Below, piece after piece: positions 26,958 through 35,320 of a stretch of DNA of 64,000 nt; position 1 is the stretch's first letter; every line of letters begins with the position of its first letter. The stretch is from positions 6,031 through 70,030 of the forward strand of contig CAWGWT010000004.1 in NCBI GenBank assembly GCA_963826325.1, written 5' to 3'. The DNA comes from Vulcanimicrobiota bacterium. GTDB lineage: Bacteria > Vulcanimicrobiota > Vulcanimicrobiia > Vulcanimicrobiales > Vulcanimicrobiaceae. The translations under genes and the position numbers were made by a program. The notes under the pieces are model-generated. The model did no database searches and was not told where the DNA came from. It saw nothing but the letters and a program-made list of their open reading frames with translations.

Positions 26958-27675
26958 CGTCGAGGCGCTGTGGGACGAGCTTCGCGGCGAGTGTCTAGCC
27001 TCGCTAAAGGAGACCGTTCACAGCCATCTTCAAGCCTGCCCATCTTGCCAGGCAATGTACGAACAGTACGAAGGCGTGGCGTACTGCCTGTCGAGCCTGC
27101 CGCGGCCGGAACCGTCGTGCGACTTGGCAAAAAAGGTTGTCCACCACATTGCCGCCCTCAAGGGTAAGATCTATCCGCCGATCGTGCTCTCTGCGGTAAG
27201 TACGCCGGTTGGACGGCTCTACGTAGGTTTCAAATCGGATAGGATCGCTTACGTTAGCATGGATAGGGGTGAGCCCCCCGCAGAAGTGGCTCAGCGAGCG
27301 GAGCGCCGGCTGCATCGTCGGGTCGTGAGCGGCGAAGCGCCGCCCTGGCTCGTGCGCGCGATCGACCGTTTCTTCAGCACCTGGATGGTGGATGACGCAC
27401 TCGTCGATATCAGCGACTTAACCCCTTTCGAACAAGCCGTGCTTCGCGCCGCCGCGCGCATCCCGCCCGGCGAGGTGCGTTCCTACGCCTGGGTCGCAAC
27501 GCAGATTGGTCGGCCAAAAGCGGCGCGTGCAGTGGGTCGCGTGATGGCGCGTAATCCTCTTCCGTTTCTCTTTCCATGCCATCGCGTCGTCGATTCATCC
27601 GGAGATCTGCACGATTATTATTACGGTCTCAAGATGAAAGCTCGCCTTCTGGAAATGGAGGGCTACCGGGGCTAG
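26944..27675 (+). CDS. Fusion protein: zf-HC2 anti-sigma-factor domain plus methylated-DNA-protein-cysteine methyltransferase (Ogt/MGMT)
   Basis: ATG 26944 lies 14 nt inside the sigma gene. H28-x3-C32-x2-C35 (HLQACPSC, nt 27025-27048) is present. An Ogt N-domain-like segment (...STPVGRLYVGFKSDRIAYVSM...) is followed by a DNA-binding/active-site domain (...SYAWVATQIGRPKAARAVGRVMARNPLPFLFPCHRVV...), with the Cys212 codon at 27577-27579. No TM segment. Confidence 0.85.
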   Translation: MRCRDVEALWDELRGECLASLKETVHSHLQACPSCQAMYEQYEGVAYCLSSLPRPEPSCDLAKKVVHHIAALKGKIYPPIVLSAVSTPVGRLYVGFKSDRIAYVSMDRGEPPAEVAQRAERRLHRRVVSGEAPPWLVRAIDRFFSTWMVDDALVDISDLTPFEQAVLRAAARIPPGEVRSYAWVATQIGRPKAARAVGRVMARNPLPFLFPCHRVVDSSGDLHDYYYGLKMKARLLEMEGYRG

Positions 27676-27719
27676 ACGCCAACCTTAGCGAACGTGCCGA
27701 CTTCGGTGTGCGCGTTTAG

Positions 27720-29294
27720 ATGAGCGATCCGCGGATCGCGGCTATTCCCGACGTTCACGGCCACGCGAAAGGCGAACATCGCCCTTATACCGAGGAGCGA
27801 CCGATCGCGTACTCTGCGCGCATGCTCTTTCTTTGGTTCTATCATGCCTGCCGGCGGGAGTCCCCGCGCTTCTTGATGGTCGCCGACCATGCCAACTATC
27901 TCACCTTTGAAGACCCCGGCGCGGTCAACACCGTGCGCCGAGCACTGAAGTTGGCCGAAGCCGGCGATCTGCTGGGAGCTGCCGAGACGGCGGGCGTGGA
28001 CATCACGCATGCGGCTGTCGTTTCGGAAGGGTTGCGGCGGGGAATGCGCTTCTCCATCGGTGCGGAGATCGATAACGACCCGCGTGCGCGCCCGGACGCT
28101 CAAAATATCGTCGACGCGATGCGGCCCGACGGAATCATCCGGTCGGTGCACTTCGTACCCATTACCCACCCCGAAAAGGGCGCCGATTGGCTCTGGCCAT
28201 TCGACAACGAGGAGTTCAGCGAGCTGCACGAAGTCGTGGGCAGTGAGAAGCTGTGGGAACTCTACATGGCTAAACTGCTCGATGATCTCGAGAAACTGCC
28301 CGGCCAAATCGTCGGAGATTTCTATGCCCCCACGACGTTCGGCCGCTGGCCGCCCAATAAGAAGCTCGAAGAGCATGAAGACCGGATGCTCGACGTCGCT
28401 CACCGTCGCGGCATGGCGGTCGAGATCAACACGCGCTTCCTCTACCGCGACAACCCCGAGGATCGCACGAAAAAATATCTCGAAGCCAATGCCAGGCTCG
28501 TGCGCAAGGCTAAGGCTCGAGGCGTCGGCGTTGCCGTCGGTTCGGATGCTCACAGTCCCAAGGACCAGGGCAACGCTTTCGGAATGGTCCTCAGGCTGCT
28601 CGATGAGGCGCGAGTAAACGAGGTCGTCTTTCCTGTGGCGGGACGATTGGCTCGGGTGGCACTGCGTGCGACGCGCGAACATCTGGAAGCGCAGGCCCAG
28701 GCGCTCCGTCAACCCAGCGCACCGGGAAGCAGCATAACCGGTTACAGCCGAGCGGAGCTCGGACTCCCGGAAGCAGCCGAACTGCCCTCCTCGCGTCGGA
28801 GTGGGCGCACGCGCGACGCGGGACCAAAAAAACGTGTCGGCGATTCCGCACGCGCGGTGAAGCGACCAGCCGCCCCCCCGCCGCCTAGCACGAGTTCGTC
28901 GCGTCGCTCCGCGGAATCTTCGTCTTCTGCAAACAAAGCCAAGAATGCCCGACTCGTCAAACCCGCCTCTTTACCGAAACAGAAAAAAACAAGCAAGAAG
29001 GCAGTTTCAAAGCCCTCCCCCAGCACTGTAAAAAAGTCCTCGCCGGCGGGAGTTCGGCCAGCGAAGAAAGCGGCCCGCAAAACCACCTCGCGCAAACCGG
29101 CGGCGACAAAAGCGGCGTCACGAAAATCCGCCGCCAGGAAATCTCCGGTTAGGAAATCGCCCACCCGGGCACCTGGGACGAAGAAAGCTGCGGCGAAAAA
29201 GCCGGCGCCGCACAGGAGACCAAAGCCCAAGCGCCTACCCGGGTACGCAAAGAAGAGCGTCAAAAAGAAAAAGACCGCGGCCAAGCGCCGTTAA
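27720..29294 (+). CDS. PHP-domain phosphoesterase (HisJ/histidinol-phosphatase-like) with a roughly 190-aa histone-H1-like basic C-terminal tail
   Basis: PHP motifs are present: IPDVHGH, ...IRSVHFV..., ...AVEINTRF..., ...GSDAHSP.... From about nt 28720 onward the product is Lys/Ala/Pro/Ser/Arg-rich (...KKAARKTTSRKPAATKAASRKSAARKSPVRKSPTRAPGTKKAAAKKPAP...KKSVKKKKTAAKRR). Confidence 0.8.
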   Translation: MSDPRIAAIPDVHGHAKGEHRPYTEERPIAYSARMLFLWFYHACRRESPRFLMVADHANYLTFEDPGAVNTVRRALKLAEAGDLLGAAETAGVDITHAAVVSEGLRRGMRFSIGAEIDNDPRARPDAQNIVDAMRPDGIIRSVHFVPITHPEKGADWLWPFDNEEFSELHEVVGSEKLWELYMAKLLDDLEKLPGQIVGDFYAPTTFGRWPPNKKLEEHEDRMLDVAHRRGMAVEINTRFLYRDNPEDRTKKYLEANARLVRKAKARGVGVAVGSDAHSPKDQGNAFGMVLRLLDEARVNEVVFPVAGRLARVALRATREHLEAQAQALRQPSAPGSSITGYSRAELGLPEAAELPSSRRSGRTRDAGPKKRVGDSARAVKRPAAPPPPSTSSSRRSAESSSSANKAKNARLVKPASLPKQKKTSKKAVSKPSPSTVKKSSPAGVRPAKKAARKTTSRKPAATKAASRKSAARKSPVRKSPTRAPGTKKAAAKKPAPHRRPKPKRLPGYAKKSVKKKKTAAKRR

Positions 29295-29320
29295 CACCGA
29301 TTTTATAGAGGACGATAGCA

Positions 29321-31375
29321 GTGGCGGACATTGAGCGCCTTCGGAATATCGCTTTCGTCGGACCGCATCACGCGGGCAAGACGACGCTTGTCGAGGCGAT
29401 CCTTGCGCATACCGGAGCGATCGGACGACGGGGTTCGATCTCCGACGGCACGACCGTAACCGATCACGAACCTGAGGATGCGGCGCATTTGCAATCGACT
29501 ACGGTGGGACTTGCACATACGGCGGCAGACGGAGTCGAGATCACTATCGTGGACACACCTGGCTTCATCGACTTCTTCGAAGAGACGAAGCAAGCACTGG
29601 CCGGCGTTGACGCCGCCGTCGTCGTGGTGGAAGCCGATCCAGGACGCATCGTTCAAACTCAGGCCATTGTCGACCATCTCGAAGCGACGCACATGCCGCA
29701 TATCTTTGTGATCAACAAGATGGACCGGCCCGGCGCAGATTTTTCGCAAACGCTGGCCGCGCTGCAAAACGCGTACGGTCGGCACGTCGTTGCCGAACAG
29801 TTGCCGCTGGGCAGTGCCGAACGATTTGAAGGCTATATCGATCTCGCGCAAGTGACGGCATACCGCTTCGCCGGCGAGTCAGGCGGTGGAACCTTCGGCG
29901 AAAAGCAAGATGCGGTTCCCGATGAGCTGGCGGAAACCGCGCGCGGCCTTCACGTGGAGCTGCTCGAAGCCATGGCCGACTTCGACGATCGCTTGATGGA
30001 GGAGCTGCTCGAAGGCGTTGAACCGCCGCTCGAGGAGATCGAACGGGATCTCTGCAGCGAGTGCGCTCACGACCAAGTTGTTCCGGTCTTGGTTGCGGCC
30101 GGCGGATCTGGTGCAGGCGTAGCCGCGCTCGTGCGAGCCGTCGAAAAGTGGTTTCCATCGCCGACGCAGGCTCCGCATCTCGACGCTGAGGGACGCCCGA
30201 TCCCGCCCGACCCGGCCGCGCCGGTCGTCGCGCGCATCATCAAGACTTCGATACATCCGCAAAGCGGCAAACTCTCGATTGCGCGGGTCCTGTCGGGAAC
30301 GATCAAAGCCGACGCGACGCTAACCAACGCCACCAAACGTGACGAGAAGGTTCGTCTTGGCGGACTCTATCGGCTGCAAGGCAAGAAACAGGAGCCAATT
30401 CCCGAGGCGGGTCCCGGTGCGATCGTCGCGCTCGCCCGGCTCGAGTCGGTCGCAACAGGTGATACCCTCACGTCGAACGGTCACAAAGTGCTCTTGCCGC
30501 GGGTGCCGGTCGCGGAGCCCGTCTTCGCGGTGGCCATCAAGCCGAAAGAGCGCATCGACGAGGCGAAAATTTCACAGATGTTGACGCGCATCGTCGACGA
30601 GGACCCGGCGCTGCGCATCGAGCGTGCCGAAGTGACGCACGAGCTCCTGCTGCTGGGCAGCGGGGAGCAGCACGTTTCCATGGCGGTCGAACGGCTGGCG
30701 CGCAAGTACAAAGTCGAGGCCGAAACGGCCGCCCCGACGATTCCGTATCAGGAAACGATCACCGGGGGCACCGAAATCCATTCGCGTTACAAGCACCAGA
30801 CGGGTGGTCACGGTCAGTTCGGCGATGTATGGCTGCGTTTTGAACCGCGCGAGCGCGGCGCGGGCGTTACCTTTGAAGAGAAGATCGTCGGCGGCGTCGT
30901 TCCACGGCAATTCATTCCGGCCGTCGAGAAGGGCGTGCGCGAAGCGCTCGCGCGTGGAGCCAGTGGCTATCCGGTGACGGATCTGCACGTAACGCTCTTC
31001 GACGGTCAGTATCACGACGTCGATTCCAGCGAGCAGTCGTTCAAGACCGCCGCCGGGATGGGGGTGCGCGAAGCTCTTCCAAAGTGCAATCCGGTCGTAC
31101 TCGAACCGATCGCGTACGTGCGGGTGACGGTGCCCACCGCCTACACGTCTACGGTCATCCAGCAGCTCACCGGTAAGCGCGGTCAAATTCTCGGCATGAA
31201 TCCGGCCGACCGGACCGGCTTCGACGTCGTCGAGGCATACGTGCCCGCAGTCGAACTCTCGCGCTACATCACCGAGCTTCGCACCGGAACGCAGGGCCTC
31301 GGTACCTATAGCTGGCGCCACGAGCGGTACGACCCGGTTCCCGGAGATCGCGTCGCTCCGAAGGCTGCGGTGTAG
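29321..31375 (+). CDS. Elongation factor G family GTPase (EF-G paralog)
   Basis: G1 is GPHHAGKTT, G3 is DTPGFIDF and G4 is NKMD. Domains II-V are collinear with EF-G (...HSRYKHQTGGHGQFGDVWLRFEP...). Confidence 0.9.
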   Translation: MADIERLRNIAFVGPHHAGKTTLVEAILAHTGAIGRRGSISDGTTVTDHEPEDAAHLQSTTVGLAHTAADGVEITIVDTPGFIDFFEETKQALAGVDAAVVVVEADPGRIVQTQAIVDHLEATHMPHIFVINKMDRPGADFSQTLAALQNAYGRHVVAEQLPLGSAERFEGYIDLAQVTAYRFAGESGGGTFGEKQDAVPDELAETARGLHVELLEAMADFDDRLMEELLEGVEPPLEEIERDLCSECAHDQVVPVLVAAGGSGAGVAALVRAVEKWFPSPTQAPHLDAEGRPIPPDPAAPVVARIIKTSIHPQSGKLSIARVLSGTIKADATLTNATKRDEKVRLGGLYRLQGKKQEPIPEAGPGAIVALARLESVATGDTLTSNGHKVLLPRVPVAEPVFAVAIKPKERIDEAKISQMLTRIVDEDPALRIERAEVTHELLLLGSGEQHVSMAVERLARKYKVEAETAAPTIPYQETITGGTEIHSRYKHQTGGHGQFGDVWLRFEPRERGAGVTFEEKIVGGVVPRQFIPAVEKGVREALARGASGYPVTDLHVTLFDGQYHDVDSSEQSFKTAAGMGVREALPKCNPVVLEPIAYVRVTVPTAYTSTVIQQLTGKRGQILGMNPADRTGFDVVEAYVPAVELSRYITELRTGTQGLGTYSWRHERYDPVPGDRVAPKAAV

Positions 31376-31399
31376 TCTGGCACGACTTCTCGGCGGGGA

Positions 31400-33028
31400 A
31401 TGCCTAAAGCGTTCTGCGATCGTTCTCTTGGCCACGGTGCTATGCTCGTGCACGAAAGTTTCCAACGGGACAGTCGGAGCGCGTCATTCGTGGACGCTGG
31501 CCGGCGATTTGCGCGTCGCGGTCCCGACCGATTTCAAGAATCTCAACCCGTTGCTGAATTCGAACACGGCAGACGTTTTCGTCGACCGGCTGATGTTCGA
31601 GCCGCTCATCACCGCCGACCCTAAGGGTATTCCACTGCCGATGCTGGCGGCGCAGGTGCCGACGCTCACCAACGGCGGAATCAGCTCCGACGGCCTGACC
31701 ATCACGTATCACCTGCGCCGAGATGCGAAATGGACCGATGGCGTTTCCGTCACGTCGCACGACGTTAAATGGTCGTGGCAAGCAATCATGAATCCCAACA
31801 ACAACGTCGTATCGCGACACGGCTACGACGATGTCGCGAGCATCATCACGCCGAATCCGGGCACGGTTGTCGTCCATTTGAAGCGCCGGTTCGCTCCTTT
31901 CGTCGATACGTTTTTTGCCGAAAGCGATCAACCGTACATGATTGCGCCCGCGCACGTCCTGGCAGGCTATTCAAACATCAATCAGATTTCTTTCAACAGC
32001 CGGCCCACCGTCAGCGACGGTCCATTCAAATTCGTCACTTGGGCGCGAGGCGACCACGTCTCGCTCGTAAGTAACGAAGCGTTTTTCCTCGGCAAGCCGG
32101 GACTCGACCGAATCGAGATCCGAATCGTTCCCGATGAGGATACGTCCATCACGCTGTTGAGGACGCATGCCATCGATTACATGTTTCAGGCGTCGATCGA
32201 AAACTACGAGGCCCTGCACTCGCTTGCCGATGTTCACATAGTATGGGTGAACGTGAACGGCTACGGTTACGTCCAGCTCAATGTCGCCCGGCCCTACTTG
32301 GCGATCCGCGCGTTCGGCTTGCGATTGCCTATGCCGTCGACAAGAGGGAGCTCGTCCGAACGCTCACCTACGGGACGCAGACGGTAGCGACGGCGGACAT
32401 CCCGGATTGGATGTGGGCATTCAATCCCAACATTCGTAACTACCCGCACGATCCAGCGATTGCGCGCCAGGAGCTGCGGGAAGCGGGTTGGGCGGCCGGT
32501 CCCGATGGAATCATGCGCAAGGGCGGGGAACCGCTGCAACTGGTGATGGTCACCAACAATTCCAGCGCCACCCGCCGGCGCGAGGCGCTCGAGATTCAGG
32601 CGATGCTGCGCCAGGCCGGAATCGACTCGGAGATCAAATATTATCCAGCCGACGTACTCTTTGCTCCCGCCGGCATGGGCGGAATTTTGCAGCTCGGTAA
32701 GTTTGACATCTCGGTCAGCGGATGGTATGCGGGCATCGACCCCGACGACAGCACGCAATATACATGCGAGAACTTTCCGCCAAGCGGTTATAACTACTCG
32801 CGATATTGCAGCCCCCAGATGCAAGCCGCTCAAACGATCGCGTTGACGCACTACGACCACGCCTCGCGCACCGCTGCGTACTACAAAATCCAGGAGCTTT
32901 TGGTGCAGGACAATCCGGCGTTGTTCGTTTATTGGCTGCGTCAGATGGAGCCGATCAGCGTAGACTTTCGCGGATTCGATCCAAACCCGGTCGTCGAGTC
33001 GTGGAACGCGTGGCAATGGCGGATCTAG
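31400..33028 (+). pseudogene. ABC transporter substrate-binding lipoprotein (family 5, peptide/nickel type), two frameshifts
   Basis: ORFs 31428-32387 and 32243-33028 are collinear, switching frame near 32285-32300 (...LNVAR / PALLGDPRVRLAIAYAVDK...). ATG 31400 is one frame off. Removing one A from AAA at 31406-31408 gives MPKRSAIVLLATVLCSC, a normal lipoprotein signal. Confidence 0.8.
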
Positions 33029-33546
33029 GACTTCCCGAACTCGCGTGGCTTCGCAAGATCATCGTCGAACGAGCGCTGACCCGCGGGGATTACCTCCTTT
33101 CCGGCGGCGCGCGCAGCGACTACTACATCGATAAGTTCAGCCTCTTCTCCGATCCGCTCGTTCTCCGCAAGATCGCTCGCTTCTTCACGCCCATCATCTC
33201 GGAACTGCGTCCGGACCTCGTCGCGGGGACCGAGCTCGGCGGCGTCGTCATCGCGACGGCAGTCTCGCAGCTAGCCAACATACCGATGATCGCCGTGCGC
33301 AAAAAGCCCAAAGCCTACGGAGCCTTTGCAAACGACTACGTCGAAGGTCCATTCGCGGCCGGGCAGCATGCGCTGCTGCTTGAGGACGTCGTCACCAACG
33401 GCCGCGAGCTGCTCGCCGCGGCCGCGCGCCTTCGGGAGCTCGGGTTAAAGGTCACGCCCTACGCCGTCATCAGCCGTGGACTCGCGCCGGTGAATGCATT
33501 GATTCAGTTCTCGCTTCCGCTCAGCGACCCCAAGACCGAAAACTGA
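33016..33546 (+). CDS. pyrE: Orotate phosphoribosyltransferase
   Basis: ATG 33016, in frame within ORF 32806-33546, gives MADLGLPELAWLRKII.... The PRPP loop is ...HALLLEDVVTNGRE.... Confidence 0.8.
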   Translation: MADLGLPELAWLRKIIVERALTRGDYLLSGGARSDYYIDKFSLFSDPLVLRKIARFFTPIISELRPDLVAGTELGGVVIATAVSQLANIPMIAVRKKPKAYGAFANDYVEGPFAAGQHALLLEDVVTNGRELLAAAARLRELGLKVTPYAVISRGLAPVNALIQFSLPLSDPKTEN

Positions 33547-34346
33547 GCACCGTCGTCTGCGACGCTAACCAGTCCGGCGAAACGGCTTTTTGCCGCTTCG
33601 ACGAGCGCTTCGACCGAGTATCCCGCGGGATAGTGCGTCAGCACAAGGCACTCGACGCCGGCACGATTCGCCATCTCCCCGGCTTCCGCAGCGGAAGAAT
33701 GACCGCGCTCCCCTTGCTCGGTGCCAAGCCCTAGCGCCGCTTCGCAAAGAAAGAGCGAGCTCGTTCGAGCGTGCTCGACGACGGCCTCGCACGGTGCCGT
33801 GTCGGCCGAGTACGTGATGCTTGCGCCGTCGCATTGCGCTCGTATCGCGAAGGCCTTGACGTAGTGACGCGTGCCGCGAAAACTCAAGCACAGATCCTTT
33901 ATTTGCAAGGTTTGAGCCGAATCGTACTCACCTATTGCAAAGACGTCGTCGAAGAAATCGGCCGGCGCGTCGGTCGCAACGGCTCTTCGAAGCGCTTCGA
34001 GCGCCCCGCGGCCGCCGGGGGGCAGCCAAAGCGACAGCTTTTTCGCGCGCGAAACGTCCGCGTATTTCAATCCGTAGCGCAGCGGTACCAAATCGAAGAA
34101 GTGATCGGCGTGCATGTGAGAGATCACGATCGCATCGAGGCGCCCGTAGTCGGTAAAAAGTTGCAACTTTCCCAACGAACCGCTGCCCGCATCGAACAGC
34201 ACCGCCGCATTGCCGGTCTGTATCAGGTACGAACTGGACGCACCGCCCGGACGCGGCATGGCCGGGCTAGATCCGATGATACGCAGCGTCAGGGCAGTGA
34301 TCCGAGCACCTCTTCGGCGTGCTCGTCGACGTTCACTTTTGGCCAA
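33504..34346 (-). CDS. MBL-fold metallo-hydrolase
   Basis: HMHADHFFD motif. The start is uncertain: 34346 overlaps the bcp 3' end by 58 nt, and no other canonical start exists before the conserved LRIIGSS. Confidence 0.7.
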   Translation of the reverse strand: MAKSERRRARRRGARITALTLRIIGSSPAMPRPGGASSSYLIQTGNAAVLFDAGSGSLGKLQLFTDYGRLDAIVISHMHADHFFDLVPLRYGLKYADVSRAKKLSLWLPPGGRGALEALRRAVATDAPADFFDDVFAIGEYDSAQTLQIKDLCLSFRGTRHYVKAFAIRAQCDGASITYSADTAPCEAVVEHARTSSLFLCEAALGLGTEQGERGHSSAAEAGEMANRAGVECLVLTHYPAGYSVEALVEAAKSRFAGLVSVADDGAQFSVLGSLSGSEN

Positions 34347-34705
34347 ACTTTGAGGATTCGCCCATCTTCACCGATGAGGAACGTCGAGCGCGCATTAACC
34401 CCGAGGGCTTTATAGAGCTTTGAATCCGTATCGGCGAGCAGAGGAAACGGAATGGAGAACTTCTCCTTGAAACGCTGGTGCGATTCCACGGAATCGCGAC
34501 TGACGCCGACCACTCGCGCCTTTTTCTCCTTGAACCGCTCGTAGACGTCGCGAAATTGTGAGGCTTCGCTCGTGCAGCCGGGCGTGTCATCCTTGGGATA
34601 AAAGTAAAGAACCAACGGACCACCGAGCAGATCGGTCGTCGTCACGGAAGTGCCCCGATCATCGAGCAACGTTACTGCCGGCAGTCGATCGCCTTCGCCT
34701 AGCAT
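34289..34705 (-). CDS. bcp: Thioredoxin-dependent thiol peroxidase (peroxiredoxin Bcp)
   Basis: YFYPKDDTPGCTSEA active site. ATG 34705 gives the usual spacing from the N-terminus to that site. The longer 34753 start would overlap the divergent gene. Confidence 0.9.
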   Translation of the reverse strand: MLGEGDRLPAVTLLDDRGTSVTTTDLLGGPLVLYFYPKDDTPGCTSEASQFRDVYERFKEKKARVVGVSRDSVESHQRFKEKFSIPFPLLADTDSKLYKALGVNARSTFLIGEDGRILKVWPKVNVDEHAEEVLGSLP

Positions 34706-34734
34706 TCTTTCGGCCTTTCTAGAAAGCTGTTCTG

Positions 34735-35298
34735 GTGTATGGACCCCATCCATTGGCCGAACGCCTCATCGAACGCCTGCACGCAGTCGCCGGTAGCCCC
34801 ATCCTCGATTTCGCCACAGGAAGCGGGCGTAACGCTGATGCCCTGCGCCGAGCGGGCTTCGTCGTCGTAGCGATCGCCGACGACGCCGCGGATTCGGAAG
34901 TCCCGCTTCCGAATAGCGCGCAACGGTTCGCCGGCGCGCTTTCCACTCATGGATTCCTTCATGGAACGCCTTCGGCCGTCGCGGCGCGAGTCCGTGCGAT
35001 TGCGCGCTGCCTCTCTAGGGGGGGATTGCTCTATGCGACCTTCGGGTCGACGCGCGACGCGCGCTTTGGCCGGGGCAAGCGGATCGACGATTCGACTTTT
35101 GCGCCTACGGATGGCGATGAGCGCGGCGTCGCGCACGCCTACTTCGATCGTGAGCGGTTGCTGTCGATCCTTGACCGTTACTTCGTCGTCGAATCGCTGA
35201 GCGAACACTGCGTCGACGACGTAGCGGGATCGTGGGCCCATCGCGAGCGCCCGCTCGACGGCGCCGCACATTGGTTCGCGATCGCGCGCAAGCGATGA
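34735..35298 (+). CDS. Class I SAM-dependent methyltransferase
   Basis: Motif I ILDFATGSGRNADAL. Confidence 0.65.
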   Translation: MYGPHPLAERLIERLHAVAGSPILDFATGSGRNADALRRAGFVVVAIADDAADSEVPLPNSAQRFAGALSTHGFLHGTPSAVAARVRAIARCLSRGGLLYATFGSTRDARFGRGKRIDDSTFAPTDGDERGVAHAYFDRERLLSILDRYFVVESLSEHCVDDVAGSWAHRERPLDGAAHWFAIARKR

Positions 35299-35320
35299 AC
35301 TGGTCTTTCACGCCCCGCTC

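Noticed and set aside
27672-28712. 346-aa minus-strand ORF
   Set aside because: It is antisense to the PHP-domain gene, which has clear catalytic motifs. This is a shadow frame.
33504-33546. 43-nt convergent overlap of pyrE and the MBL hydrolase gene
   Set aside because: Both frames stay open and plausible, and such overlaps occur in compact GC-rich genomes. I found no additional signal, although an indel extending one gene cannot be excluded.
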